Assembly (NCBI GenBank): GCA_963799825.1
Contig: CAWCYL010000006.1
Coordinates: 214,329 to 278,328, forward strand
Reading direction: 5' to 3'
Source: an uncultured Alphaproteobacteria bacterium
GTDB lineage: Bacteria > Pseudomonadota > Alphaproteobacteria > Acetobacterales > Acetobacteraceae
Length of the DNA stretch: 64,000 nt
Under the pieces are notes generated by a model. It was not told where the DNA came from. It saw only the letters and a program-made list of their open reading frames with translations, and made no database searches. The translations under genes and the position numbers were made by a program. Shown piece after piece: positions 56,026-64,000 of the stretch. Position 1 is the first letter of the stretch, and each line of letters opens with the position of its first letter.

Positions 56026-56407
56026 TTCGGCACGGGCGCCACCTTCCTGGGCGTGGCGGCGGCGCTGCGGGTGCGCAACTCCGCCATCGTCTGCGCCACG
56101 GTTGAACCCGCCGGCTGCGAGCCGTTAGCTGGCCGGCCGGTCTCCAAGCCGCAGCATCTCCTGCGAGGGAACAGGGTACGGCGCGGTGCCTCCCCATTGG
56201 AACCCGGCCTTCATGGACCTCAGCATCGCCATCAGCGACGTGGAAGCCGAACGATGGCGCCACCTGCTCGCGACGCGCGAGGGGCTGCACGTCGGCTACT
56301 CCGCCGCTGCAGACGCCTGCGCGGCGGCTCGGCTGCTCGCCTCTGAGCGTCTGCCGTCTGCCGCTGTGGTGGCGACGGTGCTGTGCGACGCCGGACTGAA
56401 GTACTGA
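56026..56407 (+). pseudogene. 3' fragment of a PLP-dependent cysteine-synthase-like (Trp-synthase-beta fold) gene, fused in frame to the EEP fragment; one internal frame change near 56150-56185
   Basis: FGTGATFLGVAAALRVRNSAIVCATVEPAGCEPLAG ... EGTGYGAVPPHWNPAFMDLSIAISDVEAERWRHLLATREGLHVGYSAAADACAAARLL...AVVATVLCDAGLKY* is collinear with the last roughly 125 residues of CysK (VGTGGT...VAVEP...IQGIGAGFIP...EEGILAGISSGAA...ILPSSGERYLS). The PLP-lysine N-terminal half is missing. Confidence 0.6.
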
Positions 56408-56755
56408 GCCCTGACGCGCTCGCCCCGCTGTACGACCCTGGTCCTGCGCGCAGCGCGTGACGCTCGCGTGCGTGGCAATACCATAGCCAAGCGCGGGCAA
56501 CACCCACACGCTGGGCGACTATACGCGCGCCACTACGCTGCGTGCGCTCTTGAAGACAACTGACGGGACTCTGGGGCTCACCGCCCCTCCCGTCAGGGTT
56601 GCCTTTCATCGGCGGGAGCAGGTTCGGCCACACTTGCTGCCGTGTTGTCGGTCCCCAAGTCGCCCAGCGCTGTCTCCGGGCTCGCTGCAGGGCGTCTCCT
56701 TACGCGACGAGGATGGGTTCAATGGCATCGCCGTGGCCATCGTCGATTGCGAACT

Positions 56756-57616
56756 TTATGATTTCATAACCTCGGTCAGCCCAATTCTGCGGAGCATGCG
56801 AGGGCTCATGCCAAACACCCCCCGAAACTTGGCATTGAACGTTGAGAGATCGCCAAATCCGGCATCGAACGCAATGGTCGCGACCGCTAACGGAGTTGTG
56901 CAAAGCGAGAGCGCTGCCCGGCGCAGTCGCACGCTGAGCAGAAATTGATAGGGAGTGACGCCAACGTCCCGGCGGAATGTCCGCAGGAAGTGGTATTTGC
57001 TCATGCGCGCCACATCCGCAAGATCGGCCAAGCTGAGCGGCTGTTCGGCGTTTTCCTCAACATAGCGGAGTACATCGCTGACCCGCCGCTGGTCCCGTGA
57101 CGAGGGGGCAGCAGCTGCGCCGTGACCACTGGAGAGAGTGAGGAGCACGGCCTCGGCCAATCGAACGACCAACTCCTCCATCGCGACTTGGCTCGTGCCC
57201 CTTACGCCGATTTCCGCTTCCACGGCGGGCAACGCCAGTTCTCGAATTGCCGGAAGCATTGCCGCCGGAAACCGGAACCGGTGCGAGCCAGCTATTGTCG
57301 CAGCAATCTCTTCGAAGAATGACGATGCGATTGCGACGTGCCCGCACTCAAAGCATGTTCCCGCATTCCCAAGGAGGAACGACCCGGGATAGAGGAGTGC
57401 CTTTCCGACGTCACCGCGATATTGGAACGACCCTTCGATAACCGCGGCGATCGTCACCCGTTCGTGCCGTTCTTCGAATGGCCGGTCCGTCGGTCCACGG
57501 CGGCATGTTAACTCACTGATGCACCACCCCTCGCCCCATGCAACATCCCGAACCGTCGATGCCCCGCTGGGCGACCCGGCCGCGGTTGCACGACGATCTC
57601 CGGTCTCGAGTCCCAT
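56756..57616 (-). CDS. AraC-family transcriptional regulator
   Basis: The C-terminal double HTH is LSLADLADVARMSKYHFLRTFRRDVGVTPYQFLLSVRLRRAALSLCTTPLAVATIAFDAGFGDLSTFNAKFRGVFGMSP. Confidence 0.88.
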   Translation of the reverse strand: MGLETGDRRATAAGSPSGASTVRDVAWGEGWCISELTCRRGPTDRPFEERHERVTIAAVIEGSFQYRGDVGKALLYPGSFLLGNAGTCFECGHVAIASSFFEEIAATIAGSHRFRFPAAMLPAIRELALPAVEAEIGVRGTSQVAMEELVVRLAEAVLLTLSSGHGAAAAPSSRDQRRVSDVLRYVEENAEQPLSLADLADVARMSKYHFLRTFRRDVGVTPYQFLLSVRLRRAALSLCTTPLAVATIAFDAGFGDLSTFNAKFRGVFGMSPRMLRRIGLTEVMKS

Positions 57617-57974
57617 AGCGCGGGAGTAGCAACTTTCCCATAGTGGCGCAACCGCCTTGGTGGTTAGAAGACGATCACATGCCTACCAGGGTCGATGGCG
57701 GGATCACCGCAGGCCGGCCGGTATCCGAGAATGCTTGATGCGCGCGCGGTGTTCGCCAAGGCGCTCCAGTCGCGTGGTCAAGGTCATCGTGGCGAGGCTT
57801 GCGCGGCCGAAAGCTTAGCCGGCGCGACTGGGATTCGTCGCTGCAGCACGGCTCGACGCCTGCGGCTCTGGTCGCGTCGGCTGCCGAACCCGCAAGCGGC
57901 GCGGGGGGTCGTTCGGGCAACAGTGTTGAGGACGCGCATCGCGGACCTCTACTGACAGCGTATGTGCGCCGGAA

Positions 57975-58575
57975 TTAACGCTCCTTGATCTTGGAATAGT
58001 GTCGGCGCGCTTTGGCACGGTTCCCACAGGACGTCATGTCGCACCACCGCCGACTCGCATTCTTGCTCTCGTCGACAAACAGCCACAGGCAGCGCTCATT
58101 TGCGCATCGTCTGACGCGTCGATACTTGGCGTTCAGCACGAGATCCCCGGCGGACCAAAGAATGGACGCCAGGATTGTCGGTGCCGACAATCGGAACCGC
58201 TCGACGCGCCAGGCATAGTCGCCGCCCTGTACGCTCAAGCTGGCCGCGCTTGGGTGCGTTTGCCAACGCGCTCTGCAGCGCGACGAAGTCGGAACTCCGA
58301 GGCGGTTCGCCAACGGCAATGGCGCTGAAGATTGGAAAGATGACCTCGCGAATTGCAATGGCCTCAGCGAAAACCTTCGCGGCCGTTCGTGGATGGCGAT
58401 GCGCCAAGCTCCTGATGCCGCGACTGGTTTCCGAGTCCAACCCCGCGGAACGTTCGGTCCAGCCCAGCAGGTCGGCCAGATCATGCAGATTTTCGGTCGG
58501 CGCTTCGCTGCCGCGCCAGAGTAATGTGTTTGCGAAATTGAGGCAAAGATCTTCCCGAATGGCAGAAATCAACAT
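57975..58575 (-). CDS. CGNR zinc-finger (ABATE-domain) protein; one frame change near 58230
   Basis: MLISAIREDLCLNFANTLLWRGSE... (ORF 58096..58575), then ...RRCANERCLWLFVDESKNASRRWCDMTSCGNRAKARRHY (ORF 57975..58484), which is the CGNR motif. Confidence 0.85.
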
Positions 58576-58896
58576 GGCCCTCGAGGCCTCGGGTTCTCGA
58601 TTGGGCCCAATGTAGCCCTCACGGCGGCTGGTTTGCAGTTGTCTATTTGAAAGCTCCCAGCGTCAAGCTCCCTCCAGGGCCGGACTGACACTGGCGCTGC
58701 CCGGCGGATCCGCTGATCGGGCCAACTCGGTGCCGGAACGGAGAGCCCTCGGGGCTCGCGGCGGCAAGGCGCCGAGCCTGCCGGATGATCCCGATCTCGC
58801 TTCCTCATGGCCTCAGAATAGCAATTTTCCCCAAGCATGGGAACCAGCTTGGAGGTTAGGGGACTTCCAAATGCTTCTCATGGAGGAAATGGCTCG

Positions 58897-59277
58897 ATGA
58901 TCAACCACGTATCGATCGGGGTTCGCGACCTCGGCAAGGCTAAGCGCTTCTACGATGCTGCCTTGAAACCCCTTGGCTATGAGTGCCTGAGCGAGGGTGC
59001 AGGTTCACTCGGGTACGGGCGTCATAGCGTCGCGCTCTGGGTCGGCGAAGCGGTGCGCCCTGTTCCGCCCGACGACAAGTCGAACCTGCACTTCTGCTTC
59101 ACGGCTCCGACGCGGACGAGCGTGGATGATTTCCATGCCGCAGCCCTCGCCGCGGGTGGGCGCGACAACGGAAAACCCGGCCTGCGCCCGGATTATGGCC
59201 CCGACTACTACGCCGCCTTCGCGGTCGATCCCGATGGCTACCGGGTCGAGGCCTATTGCGGAGGATCCGACGCATGA
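58897..59277 (+). CDS. VOC-family (glyoxalase/bleomycin-resistance fold) protein
   Basis: MINHVSIGVRDLGKAKRFYDAALKPLGYE...HFCFTAPTRTSVDDFHAAALAAGGRDNGKPGLRPDYGPDYYAAFAVDPDGYRVEA. Confidence 0.88.
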   Translation: MINHVSIGVRDLGKAKRFYDAALKPLGYECLSEGAGSLGYGRHSVALWVGEAVRPVPPDDKSNLHFCFTAPTRTSVDDFHAAALAAGGRDNGKPGLRPDYGPDYYAAFAVDPDGYRVEAYCGGSDA

Positions 59278-59324
59278 TCTCCGTGGCGCCCGATCGAGCA
59301 AAGTCGAAGGGAGACTTCGAACCC

Positions 59325-59858
59325 ATGACCGAACAAGACACACCGATGCTGGAAGCCCTTCAGGCAGGCCAGGCGAATTATGAACTGGCGTCCAAGCTGG
59401 AGCTGTACGGCCGGTTCGTCGGATCCTGGCAGCTGGACGTCAACTTTCATCAACGCGACGGCTCGATCAGCCGTACGGAAGGCGAATTGCAATTCAGCTG
59501 GGTGCTCGATGGACGAGCAATTCAGGATGTGTGGATCTATCCGGCGCGACGGCTGCGCAGCGAGCAGCCGACCGAAGCGTGGCACGCCTACGGCTCGACG
59601 TTCCGCTGGTACGACCCGGTGATCGACGCATGGCACATAACGTGGTTCGATCCCAGTCGATCTGTCGAGACGCACCAAATCGGCCGAGCCGTTGGTGTCG
59701 ATATCGTGCAAATGGGCGAGGACCATAACGGCCTGCTGAACCGTTGGCGATTCGTGGAGATCACGGATCGGTCTTTCACGTGGCTGGGCGAGAGATCCTG
59801 GGACAGGGGATCGACCTGGACCCTTCTCGTGGAAATGCGAGCGCGCAGGACGGCGTAG
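59325..59858 (+). CDS. hypothetical protein (177 aa), Trp-rich beta-barrel-like
   Basis: Intact ORF from MTEQDTPML...GSWQLDVNFHQRDG...FSWVLDGRAIQDVW...TWFDPSR...FTWLGERSWDRGSTWTLL. I cannot assign a family with confidence. Confidence 0.5.
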   Translation: MTEQDTPMLEALQAGQANYELASKLELYGRFVGSWQLDVNFHQRDGSISRTEGELQFSWVLDGRAIQDVWIYPARRLRSEQPTEAWHAYGSTFRWYDPVIDAWHITWFDPSRSVETHQIGRAVGVDIVQMGEDHNGLLNRWRFVEITDRSFTWLGERSWDRGSTWTLLVEMRARRTA

Positions 59859-60143
59859 CCAACGCCGGTGGTCGCGTTCGCCTTTGCCGAGGCGCGGAGG
59901 CGCAGCGCAGAGCGTTCGGTGGTGACCGCTGGCTCCGAACCGATCGTCGCCGATCGAATGAAGACATTCCTGCAAGTTGGCTCGCGCGCGCTGCCGATCC
60001 TGCAAGACATCGCTGGGGGATCTGCCGGGGCGAGCAGGACGATTTCCGATCCGGGCGATGTGCCGCATTCCTGGCTCAGGCGGCGGACGTTGCAAGCGTG
60101 GCGGGGCGGCGTCAAGCTGAGACTGTGCATTCGAGGGCGACGG

Positions 60144-61688
60144 ATGAGCGAGACATTGATCCTGCGCGGGCGGCACATGCTGACCGATCCGCGGCTGAAG
60201 TCGGCCGGGTTGGTCGCCGGCGGCGCTGTGGCGATCACGGACGGCGTGGTGGCGGACATCGGGCCGTTCCCCGAGATGCACGCGCGGCATCCCGGCGCTC
60301 GTGTGCTGGGCGATGGAACCCAATTGCTGCTGCCCGGGCTGGTGGACGCGCACAGCCATGGGCGCGGGCTCTCACCGATCCAGAAGGGCGCGCACAACGA
60401 CTTCCTGGAGAACGCGCTATTCGACTGGACGTATATGCCGGTGCTGCCGCCGGAGCTGACAGCGGGCGTGTGCGCCTGGCGACACCTGCGCGGCGGCTGC
60501 ACCACTCTGCACCACAACGGGTTCGACGATGATGGGCCGGAAGGCGCGCGTCGAGCTCACGCGGCGATCCGGACTTATCTACAGTCCGGCATAAGGCTGG
60601 CGTTCAGCCCCGGCTTACGCGACGAGAGCAAGTTGGTGATGGGCGGCGAGGCATTCCTAGACACCTTGCCGAGCGAGCTGAGGGAGGACGCCAGCCGCTT
60701 CGTGCTGGTGGACCGCGAGGCACTTATGGACGACTACTTCGGGCTGTTCGACAATCTACATGCGACATATGACGGCGCGGACACGCGCATCCTGCTGGCG
60801 CCGTGCTGGGCGCATGGCGCCAGCGAGGAGTTCCTGCGCCGGGTACGCGCGGCCAGTGACGCGCATGGCGGGACGATGGTGCACATGCACCTTTTGCAGA
60901 GCCCAGTGCAGAAGGCGTGGGGTCTACGCCGCAATGCGAAGCCGACGGTGAGATGGCTGGACGACCTGGGCTTGATGGATCGACGCATGGCGTTCGGCCA
61001 CGCTATTTGGGTGACCGCGGACGACATTGCCCTGATGGGTGACCGGCGCGTGACGGTGACGACGCACCCGAGCTGCAACTTCCACATGCGTAACGGAATC
61101 ACTCCCGTGATGGCGATGCGCGCGGCCGGCGTGAATGTCGCGATGGGCATGGACGACAAGACGATCAACGACGACGAAGACGCGGTCATGGAGCTGCGCA
61201 TGATGCACAAGGTCCACCGGCTCAGCACCTTCGAACTGACGTCGCCGCCAATGGACGCGTACGACGCGCTTGAGACCGCGACGCTGAACGGCGGGCGCGC
61301 CAGCGGATTTGAGGGCGAGGTCGGCGCGCTGCTGCCGGGATGGAAGGGCGACGCCATCCTGGTGGATCTGGACCGCGTGGCGCGGGATCCGTGGATCGAC
61401 CCGGCGTTCGATCCGATCGAGGCATTCGTCGAGCGTGCGATGGGGTCCGACGTGCATACCGTCGTGGTCGGCGGACGGGTGTGTGTCGACAACCACGTGG
61501 TAACGTCGATCGACGTGGCGGCGCTGTCCGCTGAGGTGCGCGCCGTGTGTGCCGGCGGCTTGTCGGCGGAGCATCGGGCGCGCGCCGACATATTGGCGCG
61601 CATCAAGCCGCACATGCAGGCCTGGTACGCCGGCTGGGTCGACGGCATGACGGACGCTCCGTTTTACGTCGTGAACAGCCGCGTGTAG
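60144..61688 (+). CDS. metal-dependent amidohydrolase (cytosine/guanine-deaminase-like)
   Basis: Intact 514-aa ORF with MSETLILRGRHMLTD...LLLPGLVDAHSHG...VHMHLLQS...FGHAIWV...THPSCNF...MGMDD (the HxH...H...H...D metal-ligand pattern). Confidence 0.88.
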   Translation: MSETLILRGRHMLTDPRLKSAGLVAGGAVAITDGVVADIGPFPEMHARHPGARVLGDGTQLLLPGLVDAHSHGRGLSPIQKGAHNDFLENALFDWTYMPVLPPELTAGVCAWRHLRGGCTTLHHNGFDDDGPEGARRAHAAIRTYLQSGIRLAFSPGLRDESKLVMGGEAFLDTLPSELREDASRFVLVDREALMDDYFGLFDNLHATYDGADTRILLAPCWAHGASEEFLRRVRAASDAHGGTMVHMHLLQSPVQKAWGLRRNAKPTVRWLDDLGLMDRRMAFGHAIWVTADDIALMGDRRVTVTTHPSCNFHMRNGITPVMAMRAAGVNVAMGMDDKTINDDEDAVMELRMMHKVHRLSTFELTSPPMDAYDALETATLNGGRASGFEGEVGALLPGWKGDAILVDLDRVARDPWIDPAFDPIEAFVERAMGSDVHTVVVGGRVCVDNHVVTSIDVAALSAEVRAVCAGGLSAEHRARADILARIKPHMQAWYAGWVDGMTDAPFYVVNSRV

Positions 61689-61915
61689 TGGCGATGGAGC
61701 AGGCCGCGAGGGAGCGGCCCCCCGGACGAACGCCTCAAACGTCGATTGTTCAGCGCTTCATCTCAGTCATGTCAGCAAAGCCGTGCCCATCATAGCGGTG
61801 ATCCCGATGTGACGGGACATATGGATGAACTGCTCCTACACCCCTCCAACGCGCGCAGCCCTGGGAGAGGGTGCGCTTTGGCAGCAGGCCTTCACGGTTC
61901 GGCGCCGCACGACTG

Positions 61916-62305
61916 TCATCCCATGCGCCGGTCGAATTCACGCTGCGCGATGTCGATGTCCTGGAGGTGGCGTTCGACCCAGCGGTCGAGCGCTGTGATG
62001 GGTTCGCTCAGCGAGGCGCCGAGCACCGTCAACGAATATTCGACCCGCGGAGGTACTTCGGGATAGGCGCGACGCGTCACGAAGCCATTGCGTTCGAGCC
62101 GCCGCAGCGTCTGGATAAGCATCTTGTCCGAGATACCGCCGATCCGCCGTCGCAGCTCCGCCGTGCGCGCCGGGCCACCGGCGAGCAGATGCACCAGCAA
62201 GAGCGCCCATTTCTCCGCGAGCACCCCGAGCACGGCGCGGGACGGGCAGCCGGGATCGAAGACGTTCCCCTCGCAGCTCCGCCGGGTGTTGATTGCCTTC
62301 GGCAT
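61916..62305 (-). CDS. HxlR-family transcriptional regulator
   Basis: CPSRAVLGVLAEKWALLLVHLLAGGPARTAELRRRIGGISDKMLIQTLRRLERNGFVTRRAYPEVPPRVEYSLTVLG. Confidence 0.9.
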   Translation of the reverse strand: MPKAINTRRSCEGNVFDPGCPSRAVLGVLAEKWALLLVHLLAGGPARTAELRRRIGGISDKMLIQTLRRLERNGFVTRRAYPEVPPRVEYSLTVLGASLSEPITALDRWVERHLQDIDIAQREFDRRMG

Positions 62306-62429
62306 ATCTCAAAACTTACCGGAGGGTGGGTACTTGTCCAGCAGAAAGCGGTGTGCAATGTCTCCCCGGCGCGACGATCCGACATGGTAGCCGGACTTTC
62401 CAACCGCCACCTGCTGAGGGAGAACCTCC

Positions 62430-63038
62430 ATGAAACTCTTCTATTCGCCGGGCGCGTGCTCGCTCTCGCCGCATATCGCCCTGCTCGAGGCCGGGCTTCC
62501 GTTCTCCCTGCAAAAAGTCGATTTGAAGGACAAGAAGCTGGAAACGGGCGGGGACTTCAATGGCGTCAATGGCAAGGGCTACGTGCCGGCGCTCCAGCTC
62601 GACAACGGCCAGGTGCTGACCGAAGGGCCTGCCATCGTCCAGTATATCGCCGACCGGAATCCCGCTGCCGGCATCGCGCCCGCCGAGGGCACGATGGAGC
62701 GCTACAAGCTCCAAGAATGGCTGAACTTCATCACCTCCGAGCTGCACAAGTCGATGGGCTCGATGTTCAACCCCGCCCAGAGTCCCGAATGGAAGGAAGC
62801 GGTCAAGGCAACCCTGTCGAAGCGCCTCGACTGGCTTTCCCAGCAGCTCGAGGGCAAGCAGTACCTCCTGGGCGAAAAGTTCAGCGTCGCCGACGGCTAC
62901 CTGTTCACGGTTCTCGGCTGGGCGAAACTCGTCAAGTTCGACCTCGGAGAATGGCCCGTCATCGAGCAATACGCTGCACGCGTCGGCCAGCGTCCGAAGG
63001 TCGTCGAGGCGATGAAGGCCGAAGGCCTGGTGAAGTAA
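62430..63038 (+). CDS. gstA: glutathione S-transferase (GstA-like, beta class)
   Basis: MKLFYSPGACSLSPHIALLEAGLPFSLQKVDL...NGKGYVPALQLDNGQVLTEGPAIVQYIAD...FSVADGYLFTVLGWA is collinear with E. coli GstA over its full length. Confidence 0.9.
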   Translation: MKLFYSPGACSLSPHIALLEAGLPFSLQKVDLKDKKLETGGDFNGVNGKGYVPALQLDNGQVLTEGPAIVQYIADRNPAAGIAPAEGTMERYKLQEWLNFITSELHKSMGSMFNPAQSPEWKEAVKATLSKRLDWLSQQLEGKQYLLGEKFSVADGYLFTVLGWAKLVKFDLGEWPVIEQYAARVGQRPKVVEAMKAEGLVK

Positions 63039-63093
63039 CGCGTCACATCGTCGAGGTCAGTGGCGGCCGGTCGCACCCGTCGAGCACCCCGGC

Positions 63094-64000
63094 TCACCGC
63101 ACCAGCGCCTCGGGGAGGATCGGCAGGCTACGGATGCGCTTGCCCGTCGCGTGGAACACCGCATTGGCGACCGCGGCCGCGACGCCGGTTGCACCGAGTT
63201 CGCCGATGCCCTTCGCACCGAGCGGGCTCGCATGGCGGTCGAACTCCTCGACGAAATGGACGGCGATGTCGGGAATGTCCGCATTCACCGGCACCGCGAC
63301 GCCGGACAAGTTCTTCGACAGCCAGCGCCCGAGTCTCGGTTCGTATGGGCTCGCCTCCATGGCCGCCATGCCCCAGCCCCAGATGATGCCGCCGGTCATC
63401 TGGCTGCGCGCGGTACGCGGATTGATGATACGGCCCGCGCTGTAGCTTCCGACAGCGCGGCGCAGGCGCATGAGGCCGAGTTCGGGATCGACCGCAACCT
63501 CGACGAAGATCGCCCCGAAGGTACGCATCGCATAGGGCGTTGCATGCCCGCTGTCGTCAAACGGCACATTCCCCGGCAGGGTGATTTCGCCGTCGGCGAC
63601 GATCTCGTGGCGGCCGGCGCGGCGCATCGCCTCCGCAATCGATTCGCCCGCTGCCCGATTGGTGAGCCGTGCAAGCTCCGAGCGCACCCGCTCCGCCGCC
63701 TGCATGACCGCCGAGCCCGTGCCCATGGTCGAGGACGAGCCATAGACCGGACCAGCTGGCGGCAGGTCGGTATCGCCCGCACGCAACGTGACCCGCGCAG
63801 GCTCGATGCCGAGCACGTCGGCGGCGATCTGCGGAAAGATCGTGTAGGTGCCGGTGCCGATATCGTGGGTGCTCGTCTCCACCACAGCGCTGCCGTCGGC
63901 GCGCAGCCGCACGCGTGCCTGCGCCGGGAAGCGGAAGGTCGACATCGCGCAACTCGCCATGCCGGTGCCGAGAATCCAGTCGCCGTCGCGCGCGGCCTCG
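63094..64000 (-). CDS. xanthine dehydrogenase/aldehyde oxidase-family molybdopterin-binding subunit, C-terminal part (gene continues beyond the window)
   Basis: ...STHDIGTGTYTIFPQIAADVLGIEP...GSSSTMGTGSAV...AVGSYSAGRIINPRTARSQMTGGIIWGWGMA...ASPLGAKGIGELGATGVAAAVANAVFHATGKRIRSLPI. Confidence 0.88.
   Translation of the reverse strand, partial: EAARDGDWILGTGMASCAMSTFRFPAQARVRLRADGSAVVETSTHDIGTGTYTIFPQIAADVLGIEPARVTLRAGDTDLPPAGPVYGSSSTMGTGSAVMQAAERVRSELARLTNRAAGESIAEAMRRAGRHEIVADGEITLPGNVPFDDSGHATPYAMRTFGAIFVEVAVDPELGLMRLRRAVGSYSAGRIINPRTARSQMTGGIIWGWGMAAMEASPYEPRLGRWLSKNLSGVAVPVNADIPDIAVHFVEEFDRHASPLGAKGIGELGATGVAAAVANAVFHATGKRIRSLPILPEALVR

Noticed and set aside
56408-56755. Small ORFs (56550..56948, 56700..56903, 56232..56633) in the gap between the cysK-like fragment and the AraC gene.
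   Set aside because: They have no motif, no RBS and overlap one another. They are more likely additional debris of the deletion that created the chimera.
57617-57974. 81-86-aa ORFs between the AraC and CGNR genes.
   Set aside because: These mutually antisense, Arg/Ala-rich ORFs show no homology pattern that I can recognise. I treat the stretch as an intergenic or promoter region.
46700-63100. Mobile-element boundaries (integrase, transposase, tRNA attachment site, flanking direct repeats) for the lower-GC accessory stretch.
   Set aside because: None was found in the window, so I do not call a genomic island or mobile element. I note only the compositional shift and the gene remnants.

Overview
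This is a high-GC alphaproteobacterial chromosome segment; all GC values here are judged by eye. No rRNA, tRNA, transposase or integrase was recognised.

**Layout**
- 0.06-12 kb, minus strand: an NMO-family oxidoreductase, then the conserved operon rimP-nusA-ylxR(DUF448/L7Ae-like)-infB-rbfA-truB-rpsO-pnp. A Phd/VapC toxin-antitoxin pair sits between rbfA and truB.
- 12-22.7 kb: MFS transporter, a hemerythrin/DUF2382 composite, FkbM methyltransferase, cytochrome P450, trmB, metK, a vapBC pair, dapB, a PRC-barrel protein and a PPOX-like flavoprotein.
- 22.8-33.6 kb: a complete type I-E CRISPR-Cas locus on the minus strand, in the order cas3-cse1-cse2-cas7e-cas5e-cas6e-cas1-cas2, then a 69-bp leader and 34 repeats with 33 spacers.
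- 33.65-34.1 kb: an RHH antitoxin and an internally deleted PIN toxin remnant, directly upstream of cas3.
- 34.1-46.6 kb: PEP-CTERM protein, ROK kinase, MarR, NIPSNAP, chrA, mntH, porin, yggS, kup and a DUF3576 lipoprotein.
- 46.8-64 kb: a visibly lower-GC accessory stretch. It holds a beta-helix protein with a PT linker, a second PEP-CTERM protein, and a cluster of PhyH dioxygenase, TPP enzyme, thioesterase, amidase and two SnoaL proteins. It also holds an EEP::cysK-like chimeric remnant, AraC, a CGNR zinc-finger protein, VOC, an amidohydrolase, HxlR, a gstA-like GST and a partial molybdopterin oxidoreductase.

**Main caveat**
- Many conserved genes, including essential infB and nusA, are interrupted by +/-1 frame changes.
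- Four junctions that I resolved to the base are each explained by one extra C/G in a C/G run. Much of this is therefore probably sequencing or assembly error.
- The disruptions are very unevenly spread: about 5 per kb in the five Cascade genes, against one in cas3 and none in cas1/cas2.

**Most noteworthy observations**
- The frame disruptions concentrated in the Cascade genes.
- Anomalies inside the CRISPR array: a 44-nt hairpin-extended repeat and two adjacent 22-nt spacers.
- The degraded toxin-antitoxin module next to cas3.
- The toxin-antitoxin pair embedded in the ribosome-biogenesis operon.

No clearly novel multi-gene system could be demonstrated from the sequence alone.
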